Source: an uncultured Gammaproteobacteria bacterium
GTDB lineage: Bacteria; Pseudomonadota; Gammaproteobacteria; JACCXJ01
NCBI GenBank assembly: GCA_963764725.1
Contig: CAVXTM010000001.1
Location: 408,147-472,146, forward strand
Direction: 5' to 3'
Length of the DNA stretch: 64,000 bases
In this document: positions 33,982 through 42,879 of the stretch, in pieces
Numbering within the stretch: the stretch's first letter is position 1
Layout: every line of letters begins with the position of its first letter
Notes under the pieces: model-generated
Seen by the model: the letters and a program-made list of their open reading frames with translations, nothing else
The model's database searches: none
What the model was told of the DNA's origin: nothing
Translations under genes and position numbers: made by a program

Positions 33982-35949
33982 ATGGCCGGCGAACCTGCCG
34001 ACGCGACTATCCGCATTAACGGCGAGTCGGTCCTAGTAACCGGTTCCGAGGCTCTACAGAGTCGCAACGCGCGTCTCTTCTTCCGCTCCGTTCTCGGCGC
34101 GGATGGCGAGGCCGGCGGCTGGCGTTGTCCGCGTCGCAACCGCTCCCTCGCTGCGCTGGTCGTTCGGGTCAACAATTTCCTGGAGAACCAAGGGTGGCGA
34201 GTCGAACGAGAAGGACTAGCCGACCGGGAAGTTGAGCGAGAGCTCGAACGTCGCCGCAGCTTCGAACGGACCCGCCGAACTGCCTCCGAGTGGAAAGAGG
34301 GAAGCCCGGTCATCGACCGCGAGGCGGTTCTCGCCGGGATCAATGATCTTGGGTGGTCACAATCGCGAACTCTGCGGCCACACCAGGTAGATGGCCTCTT
34401 GCACGCCCTCGTCGCGGGAAACGCAGCAAACTTTTCAGTACCGGGCTCGGGCAAGACCGCTACGGCACTCGCCGTCGCGGCCGCGCATCTAGTGGCCGGC
34501 ACGATCGACACAGTTGTAGTCGTGGGACCCTTGGCCTGCTTCAGGCCGTGGGAAGACGAAGTGGCAGCGACGCTCGGTAGCGTGCTCCATACGAGGCGCA
34601 TCCGTGGTCCGGCTCGCACGAGACGCCTGCAGTACGACTCAACTCAGCCTCGCGATCTGCTACTCCTCAGCTACGCGACTGCAGCCGCAGACCTACTTGT
34701 ACTAGTCGAACTCTGCAGGGGCCGCGATGTGATGCTCGTCGTCGACGAGTCGCACCGCATCAAGAGATTCCGTGGTGGCCTGTGGGCACCAGCACTCATG
34801 CAGATCGCAGAACACGCACGGGTCCGGCTACTTCTTTCCGGAACACCGATGCCCCAGAGCGGCCGTGATCTGTATAGCCAGCTCAACGTCATCTGGCCCA
34901 ACCGGCAGCTCACCGGTCCACCGGACACATTCGCCTCGCGGGTCGATTCTCAATTCGAAGGCGTGCTGTGCGACATCCATCCGTTCGTTGTGCGGACGCC
35001 GAAAGAGAGCCTCGGACTACCGCCGTATGAGATCCATCGGCACGACATCGCCATGAACGCGACACAGGCCGAGATCTACGAACTGATCGTCAACCACTTC
35101 CGACGCAGGCTTGAAGACGCCGACGCATGGGTCGACAAGTTGGACGCCCTGCGCCGTGCGCGGCCGATTCGGCTCCTGCAGGCTGCCACTAATCCGAACC
35201 TGTTCAACCGGTCCGACAGCTACTACCGCGTCCCCCGCATCGACCGCGCGAATCCGACCCTCATGGATCGGCTCGCCACGTACATGGAGCACGAAGTCCC
35301 GGCCAAGCATGAACTAGCTCTGGTGCTCGTCGCCGAAGCAACGGGGCGCGGCGAAAAGGTTGTCTGTTGGAGCAACTTCCTCATCAACCTCGATCAATTC
35401 GGCGATCTCGTCCGGAGACGCCTCGACATCCCGTGCCATCAGGTCGACGGGCGCGTGCCGACGGACGACGAGCCCGTTGATGACCAACCAGCCGCGTCGC
35501 GCAAGAACTCGGAGGAGATTGATACGCGCGAGAGAATCATTGCTCGCTTCCTCCGAACGCCCGGCCCAGGGGTGCTAATCGCCAATCCCGCATCGTGCTC
35601 GGAATCCATCTCGCTTCATACCACCTGTCATAACGCGGTTTACCTTGACCGAACTTACGACTGCGCCCAGTTCCTGCAGTCGATCGACCGGATTCACCGC
35701 CTCGGCTTGCCAGCTGATGTCACTGTCCAGGTCCATATTCTCCGCGCCAGTCTCAATGGCGAGCCCGCAGTCGACCACCTCGTCGACGCCTCACTCCTGG
35801 CGAAGGAGGCGGTGATGCTTGAACTACTCGAGGGTGCCGTCCTGCAGCCCATTAGGCAGAGCGACGACCCTGTCGACGATGCTGAGGGCAATCGGCAGGA
35901 TCTCGAAGCGCTGCTCCGGTATCTCCTCGGAGAGGAGGTGGGCAGCTGA
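33982..35949 (+). CDS. SNF2-like (SF2) helicase/translocase
   Basis: LRPHQ, NFSVPGSGKT, VDESHRIK, LSGTP, SESISLH, QSIDRIHRLG. Confidence 0.92.
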   Translation: MAGEPADATIRINGESVLVTGSEALQSRNARLFFRSVLGADGEAGGWRCPRRNRSLAALVVRVNNFLENQGWRVEREGLADREVERELERRRSFERTRRTASEWKEGSPVIDREAVLAGINDLGWSQSRTLRPHQVDGLLHALVAGNAANFSVPGSGKTATALAVAAAHLVAGTIDTVVVVGPLACFRPWEDEVAATLGSVLHTRRIRGPARTRRLQYDSTQPRDLLLLSYATAAADLLVLVELCRGRDVMLVVDESHRIKRFRGGLWAPALMQIAEHARVRLLLSGTPMPQSGRDLYSQLNVIWPNRQLTGPPDTFASRVDSQFEGVLCDIHPFVVRTPKESLGLPPYEIHRHDIAMNATQAEIYELIVNHFRRRLEDADAWVDKLDALRRARPIRLLQAATNPNLFNRSDSYYRVPRIDRANPTLMDRLATYMEHEVPAKHELALVLVAEATGRGEKVVCWSNFLINLDQFGDLVRRRLDIPCHQVDGRVPTDDEPVDDQPAASRKNSEEIDTRERIIARFLRTPGPGVLIANPASCSESISLHTTCHNAVYLDRTYDCAQFLQSIDRIHRLGLPADVTVQVHILRASLNGEPAVDHLVDASLLAKEAVMLELLEGAVLQPIRQSDDPVDDAEGNRQDLEALLRYLLGEEVGS

Positions 35950-35950
35950 C

Positions 35951-36920
35951 GTGCCTGTGCTCTCTTCCTGGTTCACGGCACCTCGAGTGCGTCGTCTGCA
36001 CGAGGTGCTCGCGGCGATACCGGAACGGTCGCTAGCGCTCGCCGAGGGCGATGCGAAGCTGTGTATCTGGCGGCGTTGTGGTGGGCCGATCGATGAAGTC
36101 GGCGTGTTGGTCGAGGTTCTCGTCCATGCCGAACTTGTGCGCCGCGAGAAGGCATCACTCCGGTTGACTGCCGCTGGGCGCCGGACACTCACGCGTAACC
36201 GCGTCGAGCAGAATCGGCCGCTCGCGCTCGCCCTCGTCCGAGCGGGACTGCTCCATGACCAAGCGCGAGCATTGCTCGACTCCTTCCCTGTCGACCCTGA
36301 CGGCAGCTTGACTTGTCGAACCAACGATGCGCGTCGTGTTGCTCCCCAGCTCGTTGGGCTTGTTCAGCTCTGGACCGAGGTCCGCACTGGCTCCACGTTG
36401 ACCATCCCGCGTCCACTCGTTGACGAGCTCGCCGCCGTGTGGGCGCTCATTGCACCGCCGTCAGAGGCACGGGCAGAGCAAGAGAAAAGACGCAAGTCGA
36501 TCGGGAACCGCGCAGAGGCCTACAGCTACCAACTGGAGCGGCTCACAGCGGCAGCCGCGTCCGGGATCGTCTGGGTCGCGCAGGACGACGACACGCTTGG
36601 CTATGACCTGGAGGATCGCAGTACGTTGCCCCGTAGACGGATCGAAGTGAAGGGAAGTGGAGGAGAAGCTAGAGGCTCAGTTCTTCATGTCGGACAACGA
36701 ATGGCGAAAGGCCCACGAGAACCCCGGAAGCTACGAGATCCACTTCTGGGGCGGGATAGACCTCAATCGACCCACCGCCGACGAATACTCCGTGCTGCGG
36801 TCGATGGGATATCCGATTGTGCTGCGAGACGTGCCAGCGCTCCTCGCCGCGGGAGAGCTCTTGGCGAAGCCAGATCGATGGCGCGTCGCGGCGGCTCGCA
36901 GCGCGGAGACGCCGCTATAG
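35951..36920 (+). CDS. wHTH-like N-terminus fused to DUF3883 (NO VEIN-type PD-(D/E)xK) endonuclease (frameshift near 36670)
   Basis: IGNRAE..YE, GYDLED...RRIEVKGS, FFMSDNEW, YEIHFW. Confidence 0.82.
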
Positions 36921-37019
36921 CAGAGAGGGAAAGGCGCCAGGAGCGAGTATTTCGATCGATGCCCAACAAAAAAATAAGCGACCCTGGCCCCTTCCGCGCA
37001 CACCCCTCGCGCTCACCCG

Positions 37020-37120
37020 GCGCGACTCCTGTGCGCCGGGACTTGAATATGCCTGGAGGTGGTCAGGAAGTCACCTTCGATACCTTAATCCCGCCGGAAG
37101 CAATCAGGAGGGTCAGATGA
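37020..37120 (+). pseudogene. Orphan polymorphic-toxin C-terminal tip fragment
   Basis: TPVRRDLNMPGGGQEVTFDTLIPPEAIRRVR*, with ATGA overlap onto a small ORF. Confidence 0.45.
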
Positions 37121-37443
37121 TGATGAACGACCTCCTCCAACTCCTTAATGGTGAAGTGGCTGAGTTCCCGAGTCGGGCTTCAGGCGAAGAGGGTTACGAA
37201 TACATCAACAAAATTGCGGGACGTTATGTCACCTCGGAACGGCAGAAATTGGTTGCTGCACTCACGAGTTGGCTTCAACTGAGGTCGGAGCCCAAAACAA
37301 TGATTGCGGTTGATGTCGCGAGTAAACTGCATTTGAACGAGTTACGTCCAGAGATCGAGAAGCTTTTGGTCGATGTCGAGCAGGGAAAAGCATTCTTGCC
37401 GTTTTATGCTCGACCAATAAAAGCTGCGCTCGCGATGATTTAA
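37117..37443 (+). CDS. Small helical hypothetical protein, probable orphan immunity protein
   Basis: AGGAGG RBS, lower GC, coupled to the toxin-tip fragment. Confidence 0.6.
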   Translation: MMMNDLLQLLNGEVAEFPSRASGEEGYEYINKIAGRYVTSERQKLVAALTSWLQLRSEPKTMIAVDVASKLHLNELRPEIEKLLVDVEQGKAFLPFYARPIKAALAMI

Positions 37444-37544
37444 TGTTGCAAGGGCTTAGAGACCGAAGGCAAAACGGTTCTCGGTCATTACCCTGAGCGA
37501 GCAACAAAGGGTCAAGGCTCGACATATAAACTGATATTCGTCTT

Positions 37545-37800
37545 GACCCGGTTCTGTGGACACTTCATGTTTACGGGGCGAGGTGTTCGCTATGGCAAAG
37601 ATGCAACCGAAGTACACGCTGGAGTTTCGGCGTCAGATGGTGGAATTGGTTCGTGTCGGTCGTAAATCAGCGAGCTGTCACAAGAGTTCGGCTGCTCGTC
37701 GTGGGCTATCCGGTACTGGGTCAAACAGGCCGATCGAGATGCGGGTGGGCAATGGCGATTTGACAACGGCGGAGCGCCAGGAGCTGACGCGTCGTCGAGA
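37545..37800 (+). mobile_element. IS3-family OrfA remnant
   Basis: MAKMQPKYTLEFRRQMVELVR...LSQEFGCSSWAIRYWVKQ...LTTAERQEL. Confidence 0.75.
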
Positions 37801-38177
37801 GCCGGCCGCTTCAAATCGAACGGGGGAGGTTCACGTTAAAAAGCCCCTCGATTCGGTTTTGGACCCCGAGGCGCGGTTGAGCTGCAAAAGGCGCGGTAAA
37901 GACCAACGCGAGGATTAAGGCTCCAAAAAAATATTTTACACGATTGCGCATTATTCCCTATCTTTGCGGTCTAACCCGATCGATACTTTATACAGTTGAG
38001 TATCACCGTATCGAGTAGCGAGCCCACAGCCCAACCCCATCGCGTAGCCCAGGCATGTCCCGGAAAACGTAAAGCCCATTAGACCGGCGGTCGAGTCCCT
38101 TCCTTCCAACACCCGAGATCAAAGCCAACGCCAATGCTGTCGATAATGGGCAGCGCAACCATTTAAGTGGATCAAAC

Positions 38178-38864
38178 ATGAGGGGAACAGCCTTACCGCC
38201 GGGTTTATCCAGGAGCGATCGTAGCTCGATCCGCTCGCTAGGCGTTTCGACGCGCGGCCGGGAACGCAGGCTGCTGCTGGCAACCGCCGTCTGCCTCGGA
38301 ATGATGCTGCCGGTCCAGGCTGACTACGAGGCCGGGGTGACGGCCTATTACCGCCAAGACTACGAAACGGCGTTCCGAGAGTTCAAAACGGTTGCGGCGG
38401 CCGGCGACGAAAACGCGCAATACAATGTCGGCCTCATGTATTTGAAGGGACAAGGCGTGCCCGAAAATCCCGAAGAAGCTTCGCGCTGGTTCCATCACGC
38501 CGCCATGCAAGGGCAGGTGGACGCGCAAAGCTTTCTCGGCGCTCTCTACGCTGACGGTCAGGGCGTGCACCAAGATTACTCACTCGCCGCCTACTGGTTG
38601 ACGCGGGCCGCCGATGCCGGCCATCCGGCTGCCCAAAGTTTTCTCGGACAACTCTACTTCGACGGTCTCGGTGTCGCGCGGGATTATGTTCAAGCTTACG
38701 TCTGGTTCAGCCTGGCGGAGGCGAGCGGCTACCCGGAGTCACAGGCCTGGCGCGAGAAAACCGAGACGCGCATGAGCGGCGCGCAACATGAGGAGGCAGC
38801 CCGGCGAGTCGAAGAGCGATTGCCGCATTGGGCGCAGCGGACTCAAGGGCTAGAGCAGCCGTAG
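38178..38864 (+). CDS. Sel1-repeat protein
   Basis: AQYNVGLMY..GQGV, AQSFLG.LY..G.GV repeats, AYVWFSLA. Confidence 0.9.
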   Translation: MRGTALPPGLSRSDRSSIRSLGVSTRGRERRLLLATAVCLGMMLPVQADYEAGVTAYYRQDYETAFREFKTVAAAGDENAQYNVGLMYLKGQGVPENPEEASRWFHHAAMQGQVDAQSFLGALYADGQGVHQDYSLAAYWLTRAADAGHPAAQSFLGQLYFDGLGVARDYVQAYVWFSLAEASGYPESQAWREKTETRMSGAQHEEAARRVEERLPHWAQRTQGLEQP

Positions 38865-38883
38865 ATCCCGCGGCGGCGGGCGG

Positions 38884-40356
38884 TTAGCCGAGTTTGAAGC
38901 CGCTGCCACGTGCTCGACCGGATACCCAAAGCTGCATGAAGTCACTGACCGAAAGGCGCTGCAAGCCTTCGTCGTCTTCGAAGAGCGCGACGATTTCGTT
39001 GCTCTTAGCCGGTGTAAATACCTCGTGTAGATTACGCTTGAATTTGTCCTTTAGCAGCGGCAGCGCCTCAAGCCGGCGGCGCGGATGGCCGAGCGGAAAC
39101 GCAACGGCGCTTTCGGCTTGGGCGCCGTCTTGGAAGTAAACTGTGACGCGGTTGCCCACGGCGCGTTGCTCCGGATCATAATAATCACGCGTATAACAGG
39201 GGTCTTCGATGACTTCCATCCGGGCGCGCAGCGGGTCGATGCGCGGATCGGCGGCAATCTGGTCCTCGAAGTGATGATAGTGCAACTCCCCAAATAAGAG
39301 ACCGATCGCCGCCACATACTGCAGGCAGTGGTCGCGATCGGCGGGATTCGTGAGCCGCCCCCGCTTGTCGATGATGCGCAAGGCGGGGTTTTGGGTGGCG
39401 AGCACAATCTTGCCGATGTCCGCGAGCCGGTCTTTGACATCGGGATGCAGTCTAATCGCGGCCTCGGCCGCGGTCTGCGCGTGGAACTCACAAGGATAGG
39501 CCACCTTGAACAGGATGTGCTCGACCACATAGGAGCTCAGCGCACGCGAGAGATCCAAAGACTTTCCCCGCAACAACGCTGAGTGAAAGCCGTAGCGGGC
39601 AGCGCTCAAGGCATGCGGATAGCCCGGTTCGCCCGCGAGCGTCAGCAAGGCCAGGCGCACCCCGCGCGCCGTGGCATCGCCTGCGGCCCAGGATTTACGC
39701 GGGCCGGCATCCGGCGCATGACGGTAGGCGCGCAAGTTTCCCCCATCCAATAGCGCCTGCGACACGGCGTTTATCACCTCTGCCTTGCCTCCTCCGAGCA
39801 ACGCGGTGGCGAGCGCCGCCGAGGCGATCCTAACCAGGATCACGTGATCGATGCCGATCTCGTTGAAACTATTGGTCAGCGCCAGCACGCCCTGGATCTC
39901 ATAAGCCTTGACGAGTGCCGTCAGAAGCTCACGCATGAGCAAGGGCTCGGCGCCGCGAGCGAGCCGCCGGCGGCTGATGTAATCCGCGCACGCTAGCAGA
40001 GCCCCCAGGTTATCCGAGGGATGTCCCCACTCGGCGGCGAGCCAGGTATCGTTGTAATCCAACCAGCGGATGAGACAACCGATGCAGTAGGCCGCTTGCA
40101 CCGGGTCGAGCTCGAGCGCGGTTCCCGGGACGCGGGCTCCGCCGGCGAGCATCGCGCCCGGCACGACCGGACCGATGTGGCGGCGGCACTCGGGGTTGTT
40201 TAGCGCGGCGCAAGCGCAGCCGAGCGCATCCATGAGGCAGTAACGGGCGGCGCTGAGTGCTGGCTCGCTGGGGGGCTCGTGACCGGTGATGTAATCCGCG
40301 ATGATACCCAGCAACGGATCCGGGCCTTGCGTGGCGCAGCTCGCCATCGAGGTCAT
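38884..40356 (-). CDS. prpD: 2-methylcitrate dehydratase
   Basis: RWLDYNDTWLAAEWGHPSDN, RKSWAAGDA, EFHAQTA, DRDHCLQY, PLGHPRRR. Confidence 0.95.
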   Translation of the reverse strand: MTSMASCATQGPDPLLGIIADYITGHEPPSEPALSAARYCLMDALGCACAALNNPECRRHIGPVVPGAMLAGGARVPGTALELDPVQAAYCIGCLIRWLDYNDTWLAAEWGHPSDNLGALLACADYISRRRLARGAEPLLMRELLTALVKAYEIQGVLALTNSFNEIGIDHVILVRIASAALATALLGGGKAEVINAVSQALLDGGNLRAYRHAPDAGPRKSWAAGDATARGVRLALLTLAGEPGYPHALSAARYGFHSALLRGKSLDLSRALSSYVVEHILFKVAYPCEFHAQTAAEAAIRLHPDVKDRLADIGKIVLATQNPALRIIDKRGRLTNPADRDHCLQYVAAIGLLFGELHYHHFEDQIAADPRIDPLRARMEVIEDPCYTRDYYDPEQRAVGNRVTVYFQDGAQAESAVAFPLGHPRRRLEALPLLKDKFKRNLHEVFTPAKSNEIVALFEDDEGLQRLSVSDFMQLWVSGRARGSGFKLG

Positions 40357-41468
40357 GACCGCTCGGCGAGTGGAACGTAGGCTCGCGGCGCGGGACCGAC
40401 ATACTCGGCCAGCGGCCGGATGAGCCGGTTGTCTTTTCGTTGCTCGTTGATATGGGCCGCCCATCCGGCGCTGCGGGCGATGACAAAGATCGGCGTGAAC
40501 AGCGACGCCGGGATGCCGCAGGCGCGGTAGACCAGGGCGCTATAGAAATCGAGATTCGGGAACAGGTGTTTCTCGCGCCGCATGACGGTTTCGATGCGCT
40601 CGGCGATCGCATAGAGCTGGGTATCGCGAGCCTCCTCGGCGAGCCGGCGCGCCCACTGTTTTATTATCGGCGAGCGCGGATCGCGGCGCTTGTACACCCG
40701 GTGCCCGAAGCCCATGATCAACTCCTTGCGCGCCAGCCGTTCGAGGATCCCTTGTTCGGCCTCGTCGGCCCCGCCAAAGCTCGCGATCAAGGCCATCGCC
40801 GCCTCGTTGGCGCCTCCGTGCAGCGGTCCGCGCAAGGCGCCGATGGCGCCCGCGATGGCGGAATAGAAGTCGGCCCGGGTCGAGGTGATGACACGCGCCG
40901 CGAACGTCGAGGCATTGAACTCGTGTTCGGCATAGAGAATGAGCGACACCTCCAGCGCGCGGCGATAGATTTCCTCACCAGTGTGGTCGTGCAAGAGATG
41001 TAGGAAATGTCCGGCGAGATCCGCCGCGGGAGAACCGAGATCTATTCTTAGACCGCGGGTGTGGAACTTATACCAATAGAGCAGCATCGCGGGCAAGCGC
41101 GCTAGTAGCCGTTCCGCGAGGGCAGGGACATCCGCCGATTCGGGTTCGAGACAACCTTGGGCCGACACGGCGGTGCGCAGCACATCCATCGGGTGGGCCG
41201 CGGCCGGCAGCCGTTCAAGAAGCGTTTTGAGGTCCGGCGGCAGTTCCCGCGCGCCCGCCAGCCGCATGCGGAAATCGCTAAGATGGCCGGCGTTTGGTAA
41301 TTCGCCGTACAAAAGCAGGCAGGCGACTTCTTCGTAACTCGCCCGCGCCGCGAGATCTCCTACGTCGTAGCCGCGATAAAAGAGGCTATCGCCCGCAGTC
41401 TCGGCCGTGCAGATCGCCGTGCGTCCGGCGACGACGCCCTCGAGTCCTCCGGTGGTTAGCGATCCCAT
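40353..41468 (-). CDS. prpC: 2-methylcitrate synthase
   Basis: YAEHEFNASTF, GPLHGGANE, MGFGHRVY, FPNLDF; ATGA overlap with prpD. Confidence 0.92.
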   Translation of the reverse strand: MGSLTTGGLEGVVAGRTAICTAETAGDSLFYRGYDVGDLAARASYEEVACLLLYGELPNAGHLSDFRMRLAGARELPPDLKTLLERLPAAAHPMDVLRTAVSAQGCLEPESADVPALAERLLARLPAMLLYWYKFHTRGLRIDLGSPAADLAGHFLHLLHDHTGEEIYRRALEVSLILYAEHEFNASTFAARVITSTRADFYSAIAGAIGALRGPLHGGANEAAMALIASFGGADEAEQGILERLARKELIMGFGHRVYKRRDPRSPIIKQWARRLAEEARDTQLYAIAERIETVMRREKHLFPNLDFYSALVYRACGIPASLFTPIFVIARSAGWAAHINEQRKDNRLIRPLAEYVGPAPRAYVPLAERS

Positions 41469-41532
41469 CGTGATTGCCCTCGCAGCTTGACCCAGCGTTT
41501 AGATTCCGCGGGGGGCCCGTTGATTCCCGCGT

Positions 41533-42654
41533 TTATACAGCGATTTCCAAGTCTTTGATTACGGTCATCAAGAAGCGCGCGGCCTCGCCGCCGGTCACGG
41601 CGCGGTGATCGATGGTCAGGGACAGTGGAATAATGGTATGGACGGCGGGTTGGCCGTTCGAGGCGACTACGGCCGGACGGATGCGGCCGGCGCCCAGGAT
41701 CGCAACCGTCGGCGGCACGATGATGGGATTGGCATAGCGGCCCCCGAAGGTCCCGAAGTTTGACAGCGTAATCGTGTAACCGCGAAGCTCTTCGGGAGGG
41801 ATGGTACGCTTTTGGACGGCCTCGCGCATCGCATTGAGTCCACGGCGCAGGTCGTCCGGCGGACGCGTGCCGACGTCGCGCAACACCGGCACGAAGAGAC
41901 CCTCCTCGGTGTCCACGGCGATCCCGAGCTCGATCTTTTTCAACAAACGGCGCCCGAGCGCGTGGCTGTCGTACCAGGCGTTCAGAGCGGGTTCGGATTG
42001 ACAGGCGGCGACCAGCGCGCGGATCAAGCGCAAGGTCACATCGCTGTCCGGCGGCCAGGCGTGGATATCGGCGTCCTCGCAGATCGTCACCGGCACCACC
42101 TCGGCGTGCGCCGAGGCCATTGTGCGGGCCATCGCGCGGCGCACCCCGCGCAAGGGTTCTAAGGGCCCCACTTCGGCCAGGATCTTGGCCACGCGTTGCA
42201 CGTCCGCCGTCGTGATGGTTCCGTCCGGGCCGCTCGGCGTGACGATGGCGAGGTCTACGTCGAGCCGATGCGCCAGCGCCCGCACCGCCGGGGTCGCCTT
42301 GAGCCCGCCGGGATGGGGGCCGACAGCGCTCGTTTGCTCCCGTAGTACCGTATCACTGCGCGCCACCTGGCCGACGACCGTACCGGCGTCGGCTGCACTG
42401 CTGACCTTCTCTGGCTCGCCCGCGGGTGCGAATTCAGCCAGGGGATCGCCGGTATGGATGAGGTCGCCTGACTTACCGAAGAGGTGGTGCACTCGGCCGC
42501 TGAAAGGACTAGGAATATCGACGATGGCCTTCGCGGTCTCGACCGAAACCAAGGGCTGATCTTCTTTGATTTCGTCGCCGGCTTGAACATGCCAGGTTAC
42601 GATCTCGGCCTCGGTCAGGCCTTCCCCTAAATCGGGCAGTTTGAATATATTCAT
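41533..42654 (-). CDS. 2-oxoacid dehydrogenase E2 dihydrolipoamide acyltransferase
   Basis: LPDLGEG, VETAKA lipoyl site, ATPAVR E3-binding, TLSNFG, DHRAVTG. Confidence 0.92.
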   Translation of the reverse strand: MNIFKLPDLGEGLTEAEIVTWHVQAGDEIKEDQPLVSVETAKAIVDIPSPFSGRVHHLFGKSGDLIHTGDPLAEFAPAGEPEKVSSAADAGTVVGQVARSDTVLREQTSAVGPHPGGLKATPAVRALAHRLDVDLAIVTPSGPDGTITTADVQRVAKILAEVGPLEPLRGVRRAMARTMASAHAEVVPVTICEDADIHAWPPDSDVTLRLIRALVAACQSEPALNAWYDSHALGRRLLKKIELGIAVDTEEGLFVPVLRDVGTRPPDDLRRGLNAMREAVQKRTIPPEELRGYTITLSNFGTFGGRYANPIIVPPTVAILGAGRIRPAVVASNGQPAVHTIIPLSLTIDHRAVTGGEAARFLMTVIKDLEIAV

Positions 42655-42879
42655 GCGCTTCTCCTCAAGGCGGCGAGGACAGTTTAGTGGATTATAAGCC
42701 GGCACTGAAGCAAGGCGCCTGCGTTACTTAGTCATAGGCGCTCTAGAGCGGGGTCCCGACGCCGCCGTGCCCGGCGCGTGTGCGTTGCTTCGCCGCGGCG
42801 ACTACAATGCCGACGTGCCGTCGCGCGATAACGCGAGGCAGTGCTTTTCTTATCTCCTCTTTGAACAGACTTGAACCGA

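Noticed and set aside
36961-37000. GCCCAACAAAAAAATAAGC resembling an attC left end after the DUF3883 gene
   Set aside because: No matching GTTRRRY or palindromic arm found downstream.
37505-37552. GGGTCAAG...CTTGACCC inverted repeat
   Set aside because: Short, single copy and adjacent to IS3 debris; no function can be supported.
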